A stretch of DNA of 64,000 nucleotides from Octopus vulgaris (Eukaryota), in the NCBI GenBank assembly GCA_951406725.2, contig OX597824.1, positions 44,578,001 through 44,642,000 of the forward strand. The letters are read 5' to 3'. Positions within the stretch are counted from its first letter, which is position 1; each line of letters opens with the position of its first letter. This document shows positions 24,321-40,100 of the stretch, one piece after another. The notes below the pieces were generated by a model. It was not told the DNA's origin, did no database searches, and was given only the letters and a program-made list of their open reading frames with translations. A program made the translations under genes and the position numbers.

Positions 24321-27300
24321 GTATATTTGCATATTATGCACTTTCACACCATCAAAACAACATTTAATATTATAAATGATATCCATATGTAAACAAGGAT
24401 TTTATATACATACATGCATATATATACATGTATATATATATATGTGTGTATATATATACATACACACGTTTCATCTTTGCTTCGTAGTGTAATATGTCAT
24501 TTATCTGCTCACCTTGTCATGTGATAAATTAGTTCCATCTGGAAAATTTACCCCTCTAAAACTGTTGCATCAAGTTGTTACACATTTTATTTTGTTTTTC
24601 TTTCTTCTTTTGCCTTTTTAATTAGCTCGAATGTAATTTTTGTTTTCTATCAAATACAATAATGTGTTTTGACTCGATACTATATAGACATGAATCATGT
24701 TTTCGTCTGGAAGTATACACCTTTTCGTTTTAATCGATACTCTACTTAATACCTCTCCAAAATTATTCATTTTGTGTGTGTGTGTTCGTCAAATAAAGTA
24801 AATAAAAGAATTAAAAACTCTACAATATGACAATACTGTTTTGCGAAATGTCAAAATGGCTGCCTGAATATAGTTTCAGATAGTTTTTAACTTACATATA
24901 CAGAATTATTAATTTGTATTCTGTGATTGTTATATAATGAATCCAATATATTTAATAACATTTTATTGTTATGACAGTCACTATTGTATATTGTAGATTT
25001 AGCAGTTTCAAGTGTTGAATGAAGTAGTAACTTTCGCTTTCCTCGGAAAAATCAAAAAAGTGGTTTTGAATATCAAATTGTTATACATAATGTTAGATTA
25101 TCAGATTTTCTTTTTTTACCTTAATCATCCCCGTATAGCTAATATTAAGGTAAAGTTTGCTTCAATTTCTCTCATTCATAGGAATCTCATGACGACATCC
25201 TCAAAAATATGTTGAGGTCTCTTCAACTAACTTTTATCTCTACCTTATAATAATGATAATAATAATAATAATAATAATAACAATCCTTTCTACCATAATA
25301 ATAAAACCCTTTCGTGTGATTGACGCACTAGATACCAACTTATTTGTTCCGACTTGCAGCTCTGATTTCAAGTCTGTCTGAGGTCGACTTCGCCATCCGC
25401 TCCTCTATAAAACATGTACCAGTAATACACCCTGAAATCGAATCAGTCACTTATACCTTTCCTTAAGAAGTATTGGTTTTTCTCCCCAGTATATCAATAT
25501 TTTATTGAATACGTTGGTCTCTTGACTTCCCATTCAAAGTATTAGTCCTAACTGTTTTTTTTTTTTTTTTGGAATTTCATCTGTTTACCATATCTGTACA
25601 TTTGTAGGTTTAGTGTTACGATTAAAATAGTTTGGCAAACGTTAGGAACTCGTCTTATAAAAAGAGAGGCATTGTTAAGTAGAAATCCATGCATATTATT
25701 AATCTTTATATATATATATGTATTCATCAAAGTATGCAGTATTATAGATCCATTGCAGCTGATCTTACTAATCAGTTTCGTACTGGGTACTAAAAGCAGG
25801 TGTTAGATAACAGCACGGTTACATGCGAGAGTGATTGGCTGTTATGGATACAATATTCTTTGATTAATATATCCATTCTATTGACAAATATACGGATGTA
25901 TCTTTTTTCTAACTTATGAATTCTTAGACACGATATATACTACTGCATCAAATTAGTAAGGTTTGTTGAATTTAATACATTCCCAAAACTCAACTCACGT
26001 TTGACATACATCAGTATAAAGTTCCATGTTATATTCATAAATGGTAAACAAGGAAATTTGGTGTGAAATGCTTCTGGAGACTTGATTTTTTTTTTTTAAT
26101 ACAATTTTTTCGGGTATTAGTTTTATATATATCCTTAAAAGTGTTTTAGCCCGAAGGCCGCGGCCATGCTGGGGCACCACCGCTGGTAAAATAGTATTAT
26201 GGAAATTTCATTTGATTTTACTTTTTTCTTTTTACCTGTGTCTTTAGCACATCATTCATTAACTTTATCTAGATTAAAGCATTGGCCTACTTAAGTTATT
26301 TTCCTTGGTTCATCATCATCATCATCATTATTATTATTATTCAAATTATTGCTAGCCTAAAACTGGTGGAACTTCTTATCAGTATGTGAAAAGTACTATT
26401 AACTGATCAAAGGGAGCTTATATTCATTATTCAGTAAGTTATCCCTTACTTTATTACTCAATAGTTTACCTATTCACACTTGGGTATACCATGTTTTATT
26501 GTTTGTTTGTTTTTATATATTTTGCTTTTTAGATGTTTTTGCAAATGTAGTGTAAACTTTTTCTATTTTAGAGGTTTTTTTTTATTTATTTTAGTACTTA
26601 TTACTATTTTCTGTTCTTTTACTAATGGTTTGTTATTCTGACCCAAGTATATCTACTACTACTACAAGCACCATCACTAATCCTTAATAATTTCTTAGTT
26701 ATACATGCAACCTTGAAAAAAGGAAGAGATGATAAGTTGAAATTAGAATGCTTTTTCCAAAGGCCTAACTGAAATGGTTCGCATTAGAAATTGAAACAAA
26801 ATTGAAATAGGATTACAAACTGAGTTATTTGTTGACTACCTTTAATTAAAATTTCTCACATGGCACAAGCAACAAAATGGTAAGTGTAACTAGTGTCAAT
26901 AAAATGGACCTCAGTACATGGCTGGTACTTATTGACTTTGTGAATTGAGAAGTACTTTTTAAACTGTGGATAATGAAATTCTGCTAAAATTTCACTCGTG
27001 AAGACACTTCAATACTTTACATATTTGACCATTACCTCAAAGCTAACTAATAATGAAAATTTTGTCATTGATAACATCATCCAGTGCTCCTCACTTTCAC
27101 TGCAGTATCTAGATTGTGCACATACTAGCTTCCTTGTTGATTACCAACTGGTAATAAAATCTGCTGCTTTTGGTTATGTTTATACAGTACTTTTTACTAT
27201 TGGTCAAAGGCCTGAAATTTTGGAGGGAAGGACTAATTGATTACATAGATTCCAGTGCTCAACAGGTACTTATTTTATCTGCCCCAAAAGGATGAAAGGC

Positions 27301-30300
27301 AAAGTCAACTTTGGCAGAACTTGAACTCAGAACATAAAGCCAGAAAAATGCTGGGAATTGTTTTGTTTGGTGTGCTAACAATTCTGCCAGCTTGCTGCCT
27401 TCATGTCTTTTATAAAATGCAGGGTAGCCATGTATCTCCTCTACAACAACAAACCTGTTCCAGTCCCTTTATCATACTCTAACCTGTCATTACCTTGCAT
27501 AAAGCTGCCTCCCTCTTTACTAACTCCTACTCAGTCTGAGAGGTGCTTTTTACTTTGTAAGCTACATGGCAACCTTACTAGTGTTGCTGCCATGAAACAG
27601 AAAACACCAATTAGATTCTGTGAAGTGGTTGGCATTAGGAGGAGCAGTTAGCCATGGAAATCATGTCAAAACAGACATTGGAGCTTAATACAGTCCTCCA
27701 ACATCAGATCCTGTTAAACTATCCAACCCATGCTTGCATGGAAGGCATGTTAAATAACAATGCCAACAACCATCATTTAGCTTCTTCCATTACTCTCTTG
27801 TGTCACCCTCTTGTTCCTATCATTCTGGTTCTCCTATTATTCTATTCCCCTTTCTCTTCCTCTCCTCTAACTCAGTTGTGTGAGGTGAAAAGAAACAAAC
27901 AAATGGGAACAACATGAGGTAGGATAGGAGATAATCTTTCTGGTGTTGGAGAACAAATTAGTACAGACAACATAGAATAGAGAGAGAGCTCTTTAGTCTT
28001 GTCAGAGACAAGGAACCTTTCTATTGTTGGTGTCATGATAAAATAATCCTAGTATATCCTTCTGGGTGATTGGCACCAAAAAAAAGAATTAGACCATAGA
28101 AACTTTGTCAAAAAAAGATCAGTTAGTTCTTAGCCAACCCAGGCTAGTATCAAGAAGCAAACAAAAATTATGATGCTGATGTATCTATGTTGCCTTGATG
28201 CTTAAATATTATCCTCTTGCAGTCAATAATAAATAACGATGTTACAATCCTCAAAGGGTATTTATATTCTTTTTTAGTGTCATAATCTAACAATTTATAC
28301 TGGTTATTCTATTTTTGCTAAATTTTTGAACCACAAATGTCTATAAGGTTGGTGCTCAATACTAGTGAGTTTTGCATTAAATATATGAGAAAGAAAATAC
28401 CCACTTAGACAGGACATTGGCATTTCTCATGAAAGAAATTGGGTTCAATAATATTTGTTACTTCTCAGTGGTGAACCCTTCCACATTGTAGTACTTAATT
28501 AGAGTTGAGTAGCTTTTGCTGTTTCTAATTTAGTGTTTTGGTCAAGAACACAACTCTTTATCAGTGACAGGATACAGATTGCCTGCCTCATAACTGGCTG
28601 TTTGGTAATTTGTACACTGAGCTTTCTGTGGCTCTATCATTATTTGATGCTGACCAGCAATATTATTATTTGTATTGTTATCACAAAGCTTAGAGTCAGT
28701 GTTTTGAGTGTCTATCATTATCAACACTATCTAGTTCAAGTATTCAAGTCAGTGTTTTGAACTTTTGTGTCAGTAGCCATCTTGAACATTTAGAAACTTC
28801 TAAATAGGTGTTTATAATCATTTTAGATATTACTGTTTTTCACACTTTGCTTTCCACTCACTTTTTTCCTTATCATAGTTCGAATAGGATGGCTTTGTAA
28901 AATTTAAAATATGAACAATTTTTCTTTCTTTCTTTTTATTAGTTTGATTTCCTTTTACCACTCACTTCTCAACTTCAGAGTAGAAGTTGTGGTATCTGTT
29001 TCATAGATAGGCAACAATGTCAATCAGATTAATGTGTCTTGACTGAACTTAACTGAAGATGGTTGTACATTATCAATTTGGTATCTGAATTAATTCTGTT
29101 TGCATATTGTTTCTGTTCAATTTCTTAGATGCTTGGTCATCATCTTGGGATTGGACAGTGGAATCTCAGAATCAAGATGAAGAAGAAGAGAATCATAATA
29201 GAAGAAAAGAGCATGAGACATGGCTACAAGATTCCATAATATCACTATCCCCAGCCAATGATTTATTGGCCATTGCTAATGAAGATCGTATTGTCCTTCT
29301 TGCTCGTAAGTCTCTTTACTTGAATTTATTGATATTTTCAGATATTCTCTCTTACATAATCAATCAAATATTTAATAATTTCAATGTTACTTGATTTATT
29401 TGCATATTTTCCTCTTTCTTTCTTAGGTTCAGCTGGTATCAATGTAATGTTGTTTATTGGAGTGGAAGGATTTTAATATTCACATATGTATTGTTGAAAT
29501 AAATATAATTACAACTGGTGGGAAGCTTTATCCTATTGCTAACTATTTGACCATAATACTAAGTGACATTTGTTTTCAATCAAACAGATAATTGTGCTTA
29601 TTGGTTAGGGCGTTCAGCTCATGATCATAAGATTATGAATTTAATTCTTGGAGGCACATTGTGTCCTTGAGCAAGACACTTTATTTCAATTGCTCCATTT
29701 CACTGAGCTGGCAAAAATGAGTTAGACCTGTAATTATCACATTCCATGTCATGCTGAGAACTATGTTAAGGGTATGTGTGTCCGTGGAGTGTTCAGCCAC
29801 TTGCATTTTACTTTCATGGGCAGGCTGTTCTGATGACCATGTCAACTCAAACACTTGTCATAACTGATGGAGTGCCTGTAATTAATTGTCAATGTTTTTC
29901 TACTGTCAAGTGAAAATTAACTAGTAATGTGCCTTATTTTTTCCCCCCTAACTCAATAATAAACAATTTTGAAATTCTCTTCATCATAGTGATCATAATT
30001 TTAAAAATAATCATTTGTTATTATTATCATCAACTTTTTTATCATAGAAGTTTTTCTTTCAGATTGTTATTTCATCATCATCACTTCTGTTCTTATTGAA
30101 ATTTGTGATGAAAGAAATTTTTGACACGATCATTAATGTCATTTTTCCCGGTGATCTTTTTCATCATTGTCCTTTATTGTTAACTTTCCTCTTCACTAAA
30201 TTTATCCTCTCAGTACACTTCCACCTTTTATTTACCACTCTCTTTCTGCAATCTTGTGAACTTACCCTCTCCAGTCTCCAGTCCATTCACTGTCACCACT

Positions 30301-33300
30301 ATCTTCTCTTTCTTCTCCCCTCTCTCTTCCCACCTGAGGCAGCTACTTTTCCCCTCTAATACAAGACTCCTTTTTCTGTCCCTCAATACTACTCCCCACC
30401 TCAGTTGAGGGGCTCTTGTTTTGCAAGTTTCTTGGTGACCTCACTGCTTCTGGTGCCTTGTAAAATGCATCCAATACATCCTGAAGTGGTTGGCATTAGG
30501 AAAGGCATCCAGCTTTAGAAACCATGCCAAAGCAGAGAGCAAGGATTGGTACAATCTTCTGACTGACCAGTTCCTGTGGAACCATCCAACCAATGCCAAT
30601 TAAATGATGGTGATTAATAAATTTTCATTATTATCATCATTGTCATTTTTATACTTATCATTCAAAGTGTTACTGTTTTCACTGCCTGCCTCATTATTAT
30701 TTTTTTGTCTTGTCCAAAAAAAAAAAGGGGTGTATTTAGTTCTAGTGACTAAATTTGCTTGTTCCAGCTCTGCACTTTACAATAGAAACAATATTAAGTT
30801 ATAGAATTTAACCCAAACCTTATTATGCAGGTCTGAGACTAATAGAAGGAACATTCTGTAATACAGATCCAATAAACTGCTAACATGGAAAAAGAGACAT
30901 AAAACCAGCAGTGATACTGATAGTTTTTACCAAGAATGATGAAGATAGTTGTCATATTTTAATCGTTTTCACATGATTTTAAACTCTGAGACTTTATGTC
31001 TGTATGAGAATTTATTGGCATCATCACCAACTGCGTCAGCTTTGTCAGGAGTTATTGCCTTTTCCCATTCTATTACTTACATGTTATTAATTAAAGGATT
31101 TGGATTGTGTTTTCTTTCTATATTTCTGATGTGTATATTATAGGATTATGGTTCCTCTTTTAGCAGTGGAACTTTTATTCATTAATTGGTATAGATTGCT
31201 AGAAAGACTTTATTTCATGTTATTCTAGTCCACTGAGTTGGCAAAAATAATTATCACATTTTGTGTCATGCTATATCTCCCTGAGAGCTAATGTTAAGTG
31301 TCTGTGGTGTGCTCAGCTACTTGCATGTTAATTTCATGAGCAAGCTGCTGTTCTGATGATCATATCAACTGAAACACTTATCATAACAGATTGAGTGGCA
31401 GTAATTGATTGTCAGTGTTTTTGTGCCATCAAGTGAGAATTAACTGGTAATATGTCTTTTATCATTATCATGAACTTTTTTATCATAGAGTTGATATCAT
31501 TTGTAACTCATCATCATTTTTATAATCTCAATACAACTACCATCATCGTCAGATATCTACTTTTGTTGTCATTCTTATCAGAAAAGGGAAATTGGGAGGA
31601 TAATACAGGTGGTTAGAAGCCATCCAAACTAATTTATTTATCTCTTATTTGATGCCTCAGCATTCTACCTTCAATTTGCTTTACACCTCCCAGGAATCTA
31701 GTAACCATTTTGTTATCAAACTGCCTGAGACTGCCCCTGGCTTTAGAACACAAACATCTTGTTTTAAAGTGATCAAAATTAAAATCATCCATCAAAATTT
31801 CATGCTAATTTAAGTTTCAAGCACCTGCTTAATAATGACAAAGTTATTTTACTAAATTAATTACTTCAAAAATTAGTTGAAACAAGTAAATATATTTCAG
31901 CAGAAATATATTAATCAAAGGGTTAAGTTGTGCCATAAAAGTAAAGCATATTGTTTGACTTAGCTCATTCTAAGTGAAAATAACTCCCATTCTTACTTAA
32001 TGGTTAGTACTTTGTAATGGGAAATACATCTAGTTATAAAATATTTGTTTTATCTAAGTAAAAATAAGAAAATTTATAAATATCACTCCCATCATACCAG
32101 CATGAAAACATTGATGGAAAAAATAACTACTTAGATCTGTTGTAAACTCTAGGATTCATAAGGCTGGAGCTAAATCTGGTTTCCATGGTTTATAAGTGAC
32201 TGAGATGGGATGCCAGTCTATTACAGGGTTAACTTAGCAGCTACTGCTGGAAATCATTTACAGCTGAATGACTGGAAGAATGTGAAATGAAGAGTTTTGC
32301 TCAAGAACACAACCCAAGTCCGGGAATGAAAACGATGATCTTATGATTGTGAGTACAACACCCTAACCACTAGGCTATGCACCAGTAGTTAGCCATGAGG
32401 CCAGTAAAATAAGACAAAAGAAAAAACATTCTTGTTTCATTCAGTTTGACAACATTTTAGTTGAAAGAAAGAGTATTCCTTTAACCAAAGTTACTTTATA
32501 TTTGCTTAAATATACCATTTTGTGCTATTGTCTGATAGTTGGACATGTGAGAGTTGTGTGGAGATTGGAAAGAAGTGTGGTGGTCTGTTTAGTGTGTATT
32601 GGTAACTTTTATAAAAGACAAGGTACAACTGAGCTGCAAAAACAAATTAATGTTGAGAGCATTATTTTTTAGTCAATGTATATAGCAGAAAATACCAAGG
32701 CAATACAGGACATATGATTGCAAATGGATGACAAGTAGTGAGTGAAAGAGTGCTGAAAAGAAGATAGATATGGGAGGAAATGATGAGACCATAAACCATG
32801 ATGCTGGGCCTCACAAATGCTATGACAAAAGATTGTGATCGGTGCTAGATTACTGCTTGGTAGACCCATATAAACTATCCCAGCATAGGAAAACAAATGT
32901 TAAAACATTATTGGTTATGGTTCATATTTGATATTTTTTTTTTTTTGTAGAGAAATATGACCCCCAAGGTTCAGAAGAAAGTCTTGAATCTAAACTTAGT
33001 CCAGTGTGGCAAGGTTCATTGCGACAGGAAGAAGGGTGAGTGAACTTTTTTATGCGTAAATTATAAGGTTAGAAATATTTCTTAGGTCAATTTTTCTTAT
33101 CACTAATCCTCTTTTTATTAACTTAAATTTTAAATGTTTTATTTGCACCAATCTTATAAAAGCTACATAATATACCTTTCTTTTCTATTCTTTTTGGACA
33201 GCAACCACTGTGGGACAGCATATTGAAAGGTTTTAGTTGATTATTTCAATCCCAGTAATTTGTCTTATTATTTGTCGTAAGATAGGAAAAGCAAAGTGAA

Positions 33301-36300
33301 CATTGGCAAAAGGGGAGAAAATTAATATTGTACGATTTTTTGCTTGAATATATAATTTTTCACCCACACTGATATCGATACACACACACACAACAGGCTT
33401 TTGTACAGCTTCTGCCTAGCAGGTTTCATTAACAAGGTGTTGATCAACTCAAGGCTATGGAAATTTTTTAATTAATGCTGCTTTCTATCCCCTCATTTGC
33501 CCTTTTCCAGAGGACTGTACACAGTAAGTTCATCGTTATCATCATTGAGTGAGAGAGTAGCTCATGCCACCAAAGTGACACTGGGGTACAAATATACGAA
33601 GCCCAATGTACCCCTCATGACTACCCATCTAATAAGGTACATGCATCGCAACCATATGTACATGACATTTTGACCTTTATATCAAGATCAATAGTGCATG
33701 ATCTTGCAAGTGAGGCCCGATTAGAGTTTTTCTCAGGCAAAGTAGCTCATCCCACTCAAAAGGTCCCTGAATAAGAGTCGTTGCAGGATAATGAATGACA
33801 CACCCATGTTTCCAGAAGTGAATCATTCAAACCCCAAAGAATCCCTCTCAACTCATGGCTGACACTTTCCCACTACTCCTGCTTGTGATCAGAGATGCAC
33901 ATATTGTCAGCCACTGAGGGACATGCTCAATTGGTTATGATCAAGCAAATCATCATCATCATCGTTTAATGTCTGCTTTCCATGCTGGCATGGGTTAGCT
34001 GGTTTGACTGAGGGCCGGCAAGCCAGAAGGCTGCACCAGGCTCCAATCTGATCTGGCAAAGTTTCTACGGCTGGATGCCCTTCCTAACATCAACCACCCC
34101 AAGAATGTAGTGGGTGCTTTTTACATGCCACCGGCATGAGGACCAGTCAGGCAGTCCTGGCATCGACCACACTTGAATGGTGCTTTTTACATGCCACCAG
34201 CATAGGAACCAGTCAGGCAACAACCACACTCAAATGGTGCTTTTTATGTGCCACTGGCAAGAGACCAGTCAGCCTGCATTGGCATCGACCATGCTTGAAT
34301 GGTGCTTTTTATGTGCCACCGGCACTGTCATCAGCCACGACAATGACTTCACTTGACTCAAAAGGCCTTCGCTAGCGCAGTTTATTGTCCAATGATTGAA
34401 GGGTATTCCTAAATGGGTCGGTTATGCTGCACTGGCATAGGCCATGGTTACGGCCTCACTTGGCTTGCCAGGTTTTCTCAAGCACAGCATATCTCCAAAG
34501 GTCTCAGTCACTTGCCATCGCCTCCGTGAGGCCCAACGTTCAAAGGTCGTGCTTCACCGGTTCATCCCAGGTCTTCCTGGGTCTACCTCTTCCACAGGTT
34601 CCCTCTACTGCTAGGGTGTGAAACTTTTTAACACAGCTGTCCTCATCCATATGCAACACATAATCATACCAGCGCAGTCGTCTCTGTTGCACACCATATC
34701 TGATGCTTCTTATGTCCAACTTTTCTCTCAGGGCGCTTACACTCTGCTGTGTATGCACACTGACATTATACATCCATCGGAGCATACTAGCTTCATTCTT
34801 TGCAAGATTATGCATGTCCTCAGCAGTCACAGCCCATGTTTCACTGCCATGTAGCATGGCTATTCACACACATGCATCATACAGTCTACCTTTTACTCTG
34901 AGCAAGAGGCGTTGTAGGAGCTCTCTGAACTTTGCCCAGGCTATTCTTATTCTAGCAGCTACACACTCAGAGCATCCACCCCTGCTACTGACTTGATCAC
35001 CTAGGTAATGGAAGCTATCAACTACTACTAGTTTTTCTCCATGGAAATTGACAGAAGTTGTTTTCTGCACATTTTCAGTGTTTATTGCCCCTAAGCATTT
35101 GCCACATACAAAAACTATCTTCCCATTTAGCTTTCCTTTGATATTGCTGCACCTCTTATGTGTCCATAGCTTACAGTGGGTACATCTTATGGAGTTTCTA
35201 CCTACGCCTTTCTACAGATCGAGTAGGGCCATCTGAAGGGATTTGTGGTTTGTCTGCCTTCCTACTTATTAAGACTTTGGTATTTGCTAGATTGACTCCA
35301 AGGCCCTTCAATTCTAGACCTTGCTTCCACATCTGAAACTTCTCCTCTAGTTCTGATAGTGACTTGGTGGCTATTAGAGCAAGGTCATCAGCATAGAGAA
35401 GCTCCCAGGGGCATCCTATCTTGAAGTCCTCTGTTATTGTCTGGAGGACTATGATAAATAAGAAGGGGCTGACGACTGAATTCTTTGCTGTACTCATTGC
35501 CAGCCCTCGCCTTACTGACAGCATCCCTGTACATGGCTTGTACAATTCTCACTAACCATTCATCTATCCCTAGTTTATGCATTGACCACTAGATAAGGGA
35601 TCGGGGGATACTGTCAAAGGCTTTCTCCATGTCAACAAAAGCCAAGTACAGAGGTTTAACTTTGGCTAGGTATTTCTACCAGAAATATAGCATCAGTGGT
35701 GCTTTTCCCTGGCACAAACCCAAACTGCATCTCGTTTAAACTGATTCTCTTCCTAATTAGTTGGGCTATGACCCTCTCCATGATTTTCATTACCTGATCC
35801 AACAATTGATACTTCTGTAATCATTCATATCCAGTGTATCACCTTCACCCTTGTAACAGTTGACTACGGTGCCATCTCACCAGTCAATAGGCATGACTCC
35901 CTCCTGATTGACTATATGGGTGACTGGACCATAGCTGACACTGCCAGACATTTTAAGCATCTCCATGGTGATTCCTGATGGGCCGGGGGCTTTTCCTGTC
36001 TTCATACCCTTAATTGCTTTATCTACCAAGGTACTGTCAATTTGTATAGCTGGTCCCTCTGTTGGGTTGACATTTGGTAGACTCTCTTTCTCCCATTCAT
36101 TCTCTTCATTTAACAACCTTTCATAGTGGTGTTTCCAAGTCTCTCTCCTCATTAAATGCAAGTAAGCCATCATCCATGCCGACACACTCTTTCTTATGAC
36201 ATCATGATTCTGTCTTGCAACACGAAACACTTCAAGTCTTTGGTCCTCATGACACAGAACACTGGCAAATTTTTTCTTAACTGCTTCCCCTCAAGCTAAG

Positions 36301-37065
36301 TAAACCTGTCTTCTAGCTTCCCTTCTGGCAATCTGATACAATTCCATGCTACCACTGTTCTTCCAGTCCTTCCAAGCCTGTTTCTTTTGTCTAACCACAT
36401 TGTTCCACCACCACGTTACCTTGGATCGAGAGGGGACTTTGCACCATCCACAGATCTGATCAGTAGCCCTCAACAGGTTGTTCCGTAGAAACCTCCAATT
36501 GTTTTCCACATCATGTGATGCTATATCCCCCTCTATTTCGTCAAAAACTTGAGTAATACATCTCTAAATCTCTGTCCATTTGCAGGATCTTCTGGGCATC
36601 CATTTAGCCCTGATCCTGAAGTTGCTAACTACTAATCTATGTTGTGGGTTGCATTCTTCACCTGGGAAGGTTTTGGCATTTATAATTAGCCGGCAAGGAT
36701 GTAATCAATTTGACTAGTGTGTCCACCAGATTGGTAGGTGAATAGGTGACTGGTCGGTTTCCTGAAGTTAGTATTACAAACCATAAGATCATTTGCATTG
36801 CGGAACTTCAGCAGCCTGGCTCCCTCCTCAGTGTGGGAACCAAAACCATAGCCTCCATGTATGCCATGGAAGCCCCCTGCATGTTGTCCAACATGCCCAT
36901 TGAAGTTGCCAGTCACAGAAAGAAGGTCCCTGTCATTTGTCAACGAGGTAATCTGCAAGATGGTGTCATAAAATTGGTCATGGACACATAAGAGGTGCAT
37001 GTACATGTTAACACTTCCAATCAGTTAAGATCAGAAGCCTTGAGAGCCACAGCCTTGCATCAGGG

Positions 37066-37120
<55 letters not shown>

Positions 37121-40100
37121 GTTGTTGTTGTTGTTGTTAAATACAAGATTCTGTATAACATTTTTCTTTATTTTTTGCAGTGAACAAATTACAGCGGTTT
37201 TGTGCTTACCTCTTGCATCTCAGAAAAAGTAAGCCTTTCAAATTTATTTTAGTTTTCATTCATGCTGGGATCATGTTTAGAGATTTTCTTATTTACATGT
37301 TAATTGAATCATCAACTTTTTGTATTATTGTACAGCTCGATTAATGATTATTCTCACAACTAATAGGAATGGGGCGACTTGTGTTACAGTTAAGCAAGCT
37401 GAGGCAAGCCAGTCTTATGTGGAATTTAGGAAGTAGTGTTTCATAGACGCCCTAAATTCATTTGGTGTGTCTCATCTTATAACCAGATTGTGGTAAAGAG
37501 AAAAATATGCCATTAAGACTACTCTCATTTCTATTTCCATAACTAAATTCTTTTTCCCTATTTTTAACACTGAGGCAGTCTTTAGAAAGTTGCAAATAAT
37601 TTCTTCCTTAGACATTAGGACAATTTTTGTTTTTTTTTCAAGACTGGAATATAATCAAATTAATTGTAATACATTAGTGGTTGTATTTTATTAAATGATG
37701 GAAGGTAAAGTTGATCCTGGAAGGATTATAGCTCAGAGCAAGAAAAGTTGAAACTAAACAGTATAGGAGTGTTTTTAGTTTGATATTCTATACACAGACT
37801 AGCATTGCCAACACATTGCATAAACATAAACAGCAATATTGATTTTTAATATTAACTAAAGGACATGGATTTTGTGGGAGAGATGTTAAACTCTAAAAGA
37901 ATTTACTTTTCTTGTGTTACGTAACTGATCACCACTTAGATGCCTAATGTCAGAAGGTATGCTATAAATTTCTAAATTACCATCATCATTATTGTCTAAG
38001 TAAACATTCACTTATTTTATTCTGTTTATCTATATATATATTGTATCTATATTGTTTTCACAGAAGCATGCAAGGAGCTCCAGATTGGACTTGTGTAATA
38101 GTTGGCTTTTCTTCGGGATACATTCGTATGTACACAGAGGTAAGACATGATTATAATAATAATAATAATAATAATTGTGTACAGTGCTCAGGTGCACTAC
38201 AACTCATCTAAAGTGTATATATAATCAGGTGAAGTTTCGGCGGATTTCGGAAAGCATGAGGGCCTTAAAAGATGCAGTGTCATGGCAGTCAACAACTGAC
38301 GCAGGCAGTTTATTCCATGCTTCAGCAACTCTGAGCGTGAAAAAATGTTTCCGAAAGTCATGGGAGCTGTATTGTTTTCTGACTTTGTAGGCATGTCCAC
38401 GTGTGTTAGACACATGGAGATCAAAAAGGTGTTCAGTGTTGTTGTTGGTGAGGTGGTTGATAACTTTGTGGGTGTTTACCAAGTCCGTCGCCAAACGCCG
38501 GAGCTTCAGTGAATCCATGCCCAGGGAAACAAGGCGCTCAGAATATGGTAGGTGTCTGATGGAGGGTATGCGTTTGGTTGCACGTCTCTGGACAGATTCC
38601 AGGAGGTCAATGTTCTGTGCAAGATAGGGGTTCCAAACTGATGATGCGAATTCCAAGTGTGGTCGTACCATAGCTGTATACAGTTTTAAATAGATGGCTG
38701 GAGAGCGGCTAACAAAAGACCTGCTGAGTGATGCCAAGACACCCTCGGCCTTCCTGACAATCTTAGAGATATGCTTTGACCAACGCAAATCACTGCTGAC
38801 AGTGATGCCTAGGTCACGCTCGCAAGAGGATTTCTTGATATCAGTGTTGTGGAGGGAGTATGTGAACGCAGGGTTTTTTCTCCCAAAATGCATGGTGGTA
38901 CACTTGTCCACAGCCAGTTTCAGTTGCCAGTCTGTGATCCATTGCTGCATTGTGTCTAGGTCTGATTGCAGGAAAGAGTTGTAGACATCAGGATCTGTCC
39001 TCTTGATTTCAAGGTACAGCTTGATGTCTGCATATTTCAATACTGTGGCATTCTTTAAATTGGCATCTATGTCGTTAATGTATGCCACAAACAAGAGGGG
39101 GCCAAGGACAGATCCCTGTGGTACACCCGATGACATCTCATATGGTGTAGAGTGCTGTCCTAGAACTGTGACTACCTCCTTTCGGCTGAGGATGAAGGAT
39201 TTCAACCAGTTAAAAAGGTCATCCCCCACACCCATTGCAGAGAGTTTCACCATAAGCCTTTTGTGTGGCACAGAGTTGAAAGCCTTAGCAAAGTCAAGGT
39301 AGACAACATCCACCCATGAGCCACTGTCAGTAATCTGAGTAATGTCCTCGAGGAACTCGACAAGCTGGTCACTGCAGCTGGAGTTAGGGACAAATCCATA
39401 TTGTGAGGGTCGGATGAGACTGTGAGAGCTCCAGAAGTTCCAGAGTGTTTCTCTGACACACGATTCCATCAGTTTTGCAATACCAGCTAGTGAGACTGAC
39501 TGGGCGATAGTTGACAGGTGATGTACGGTCGCCCTTTTTGAACAGAGGAATGACACTGGCAGTTTTCCACTGCTCCAGAGTAGCACCATTGTTGAGACAG
39601 TACTGGAAGAAAATAGAAAGCTGGTGTAAAAGGAAGTGCCTGCCACGTTTGAGAAGCAGGTATGTAACTCCATCGAGACCAGGGGAGGCATAGTTGCGCT
39701 TATTTTGAAGGTGACGTCACAGCATTGCAGGTGTAAATTCCATAGTTGTTATGGAGTTTGCTGTTAGTGATGGTGAAGATGGTACATTTTGACTTTCAAC
39801 AGTGAATATGTTTGCATAGCACTCGGCAATGAGTTCTGCGCATTCCTTGGGGTCGTCAGTGATCTGGTTTGTGTGAGGGTTGCGAAGAGGGCCCACTGGA
39901 GAGTGAGGTCTCTGCTTTGAGTGCACATATTTCCAGAAAACCTTGCTGTCAGGATTGGCTGCTATGCACTGTTCAAATTCAAGCACTGCTTTTTTTGTCA
40001 CTTGCTTGAGATGGTTGGAGGATTTATTCCGCTTCTTCCTGTTGGTGTCTGATTTATGCAACCTGTATTCCCGTTCAGCAGTCCGACGTTCCCTCCTGGC

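Noticed and set aside
39500-39691. N-terminus of the 488-aa ORF as a separate RT start
   Set aside because: Out-of-frame sequence upstream of the +1 frameshift. The true ORF2 frame (ASPGLDG...[15 protein letters not shown]...NYRPVSLTS) continues from the endonuclease through a single TGA.
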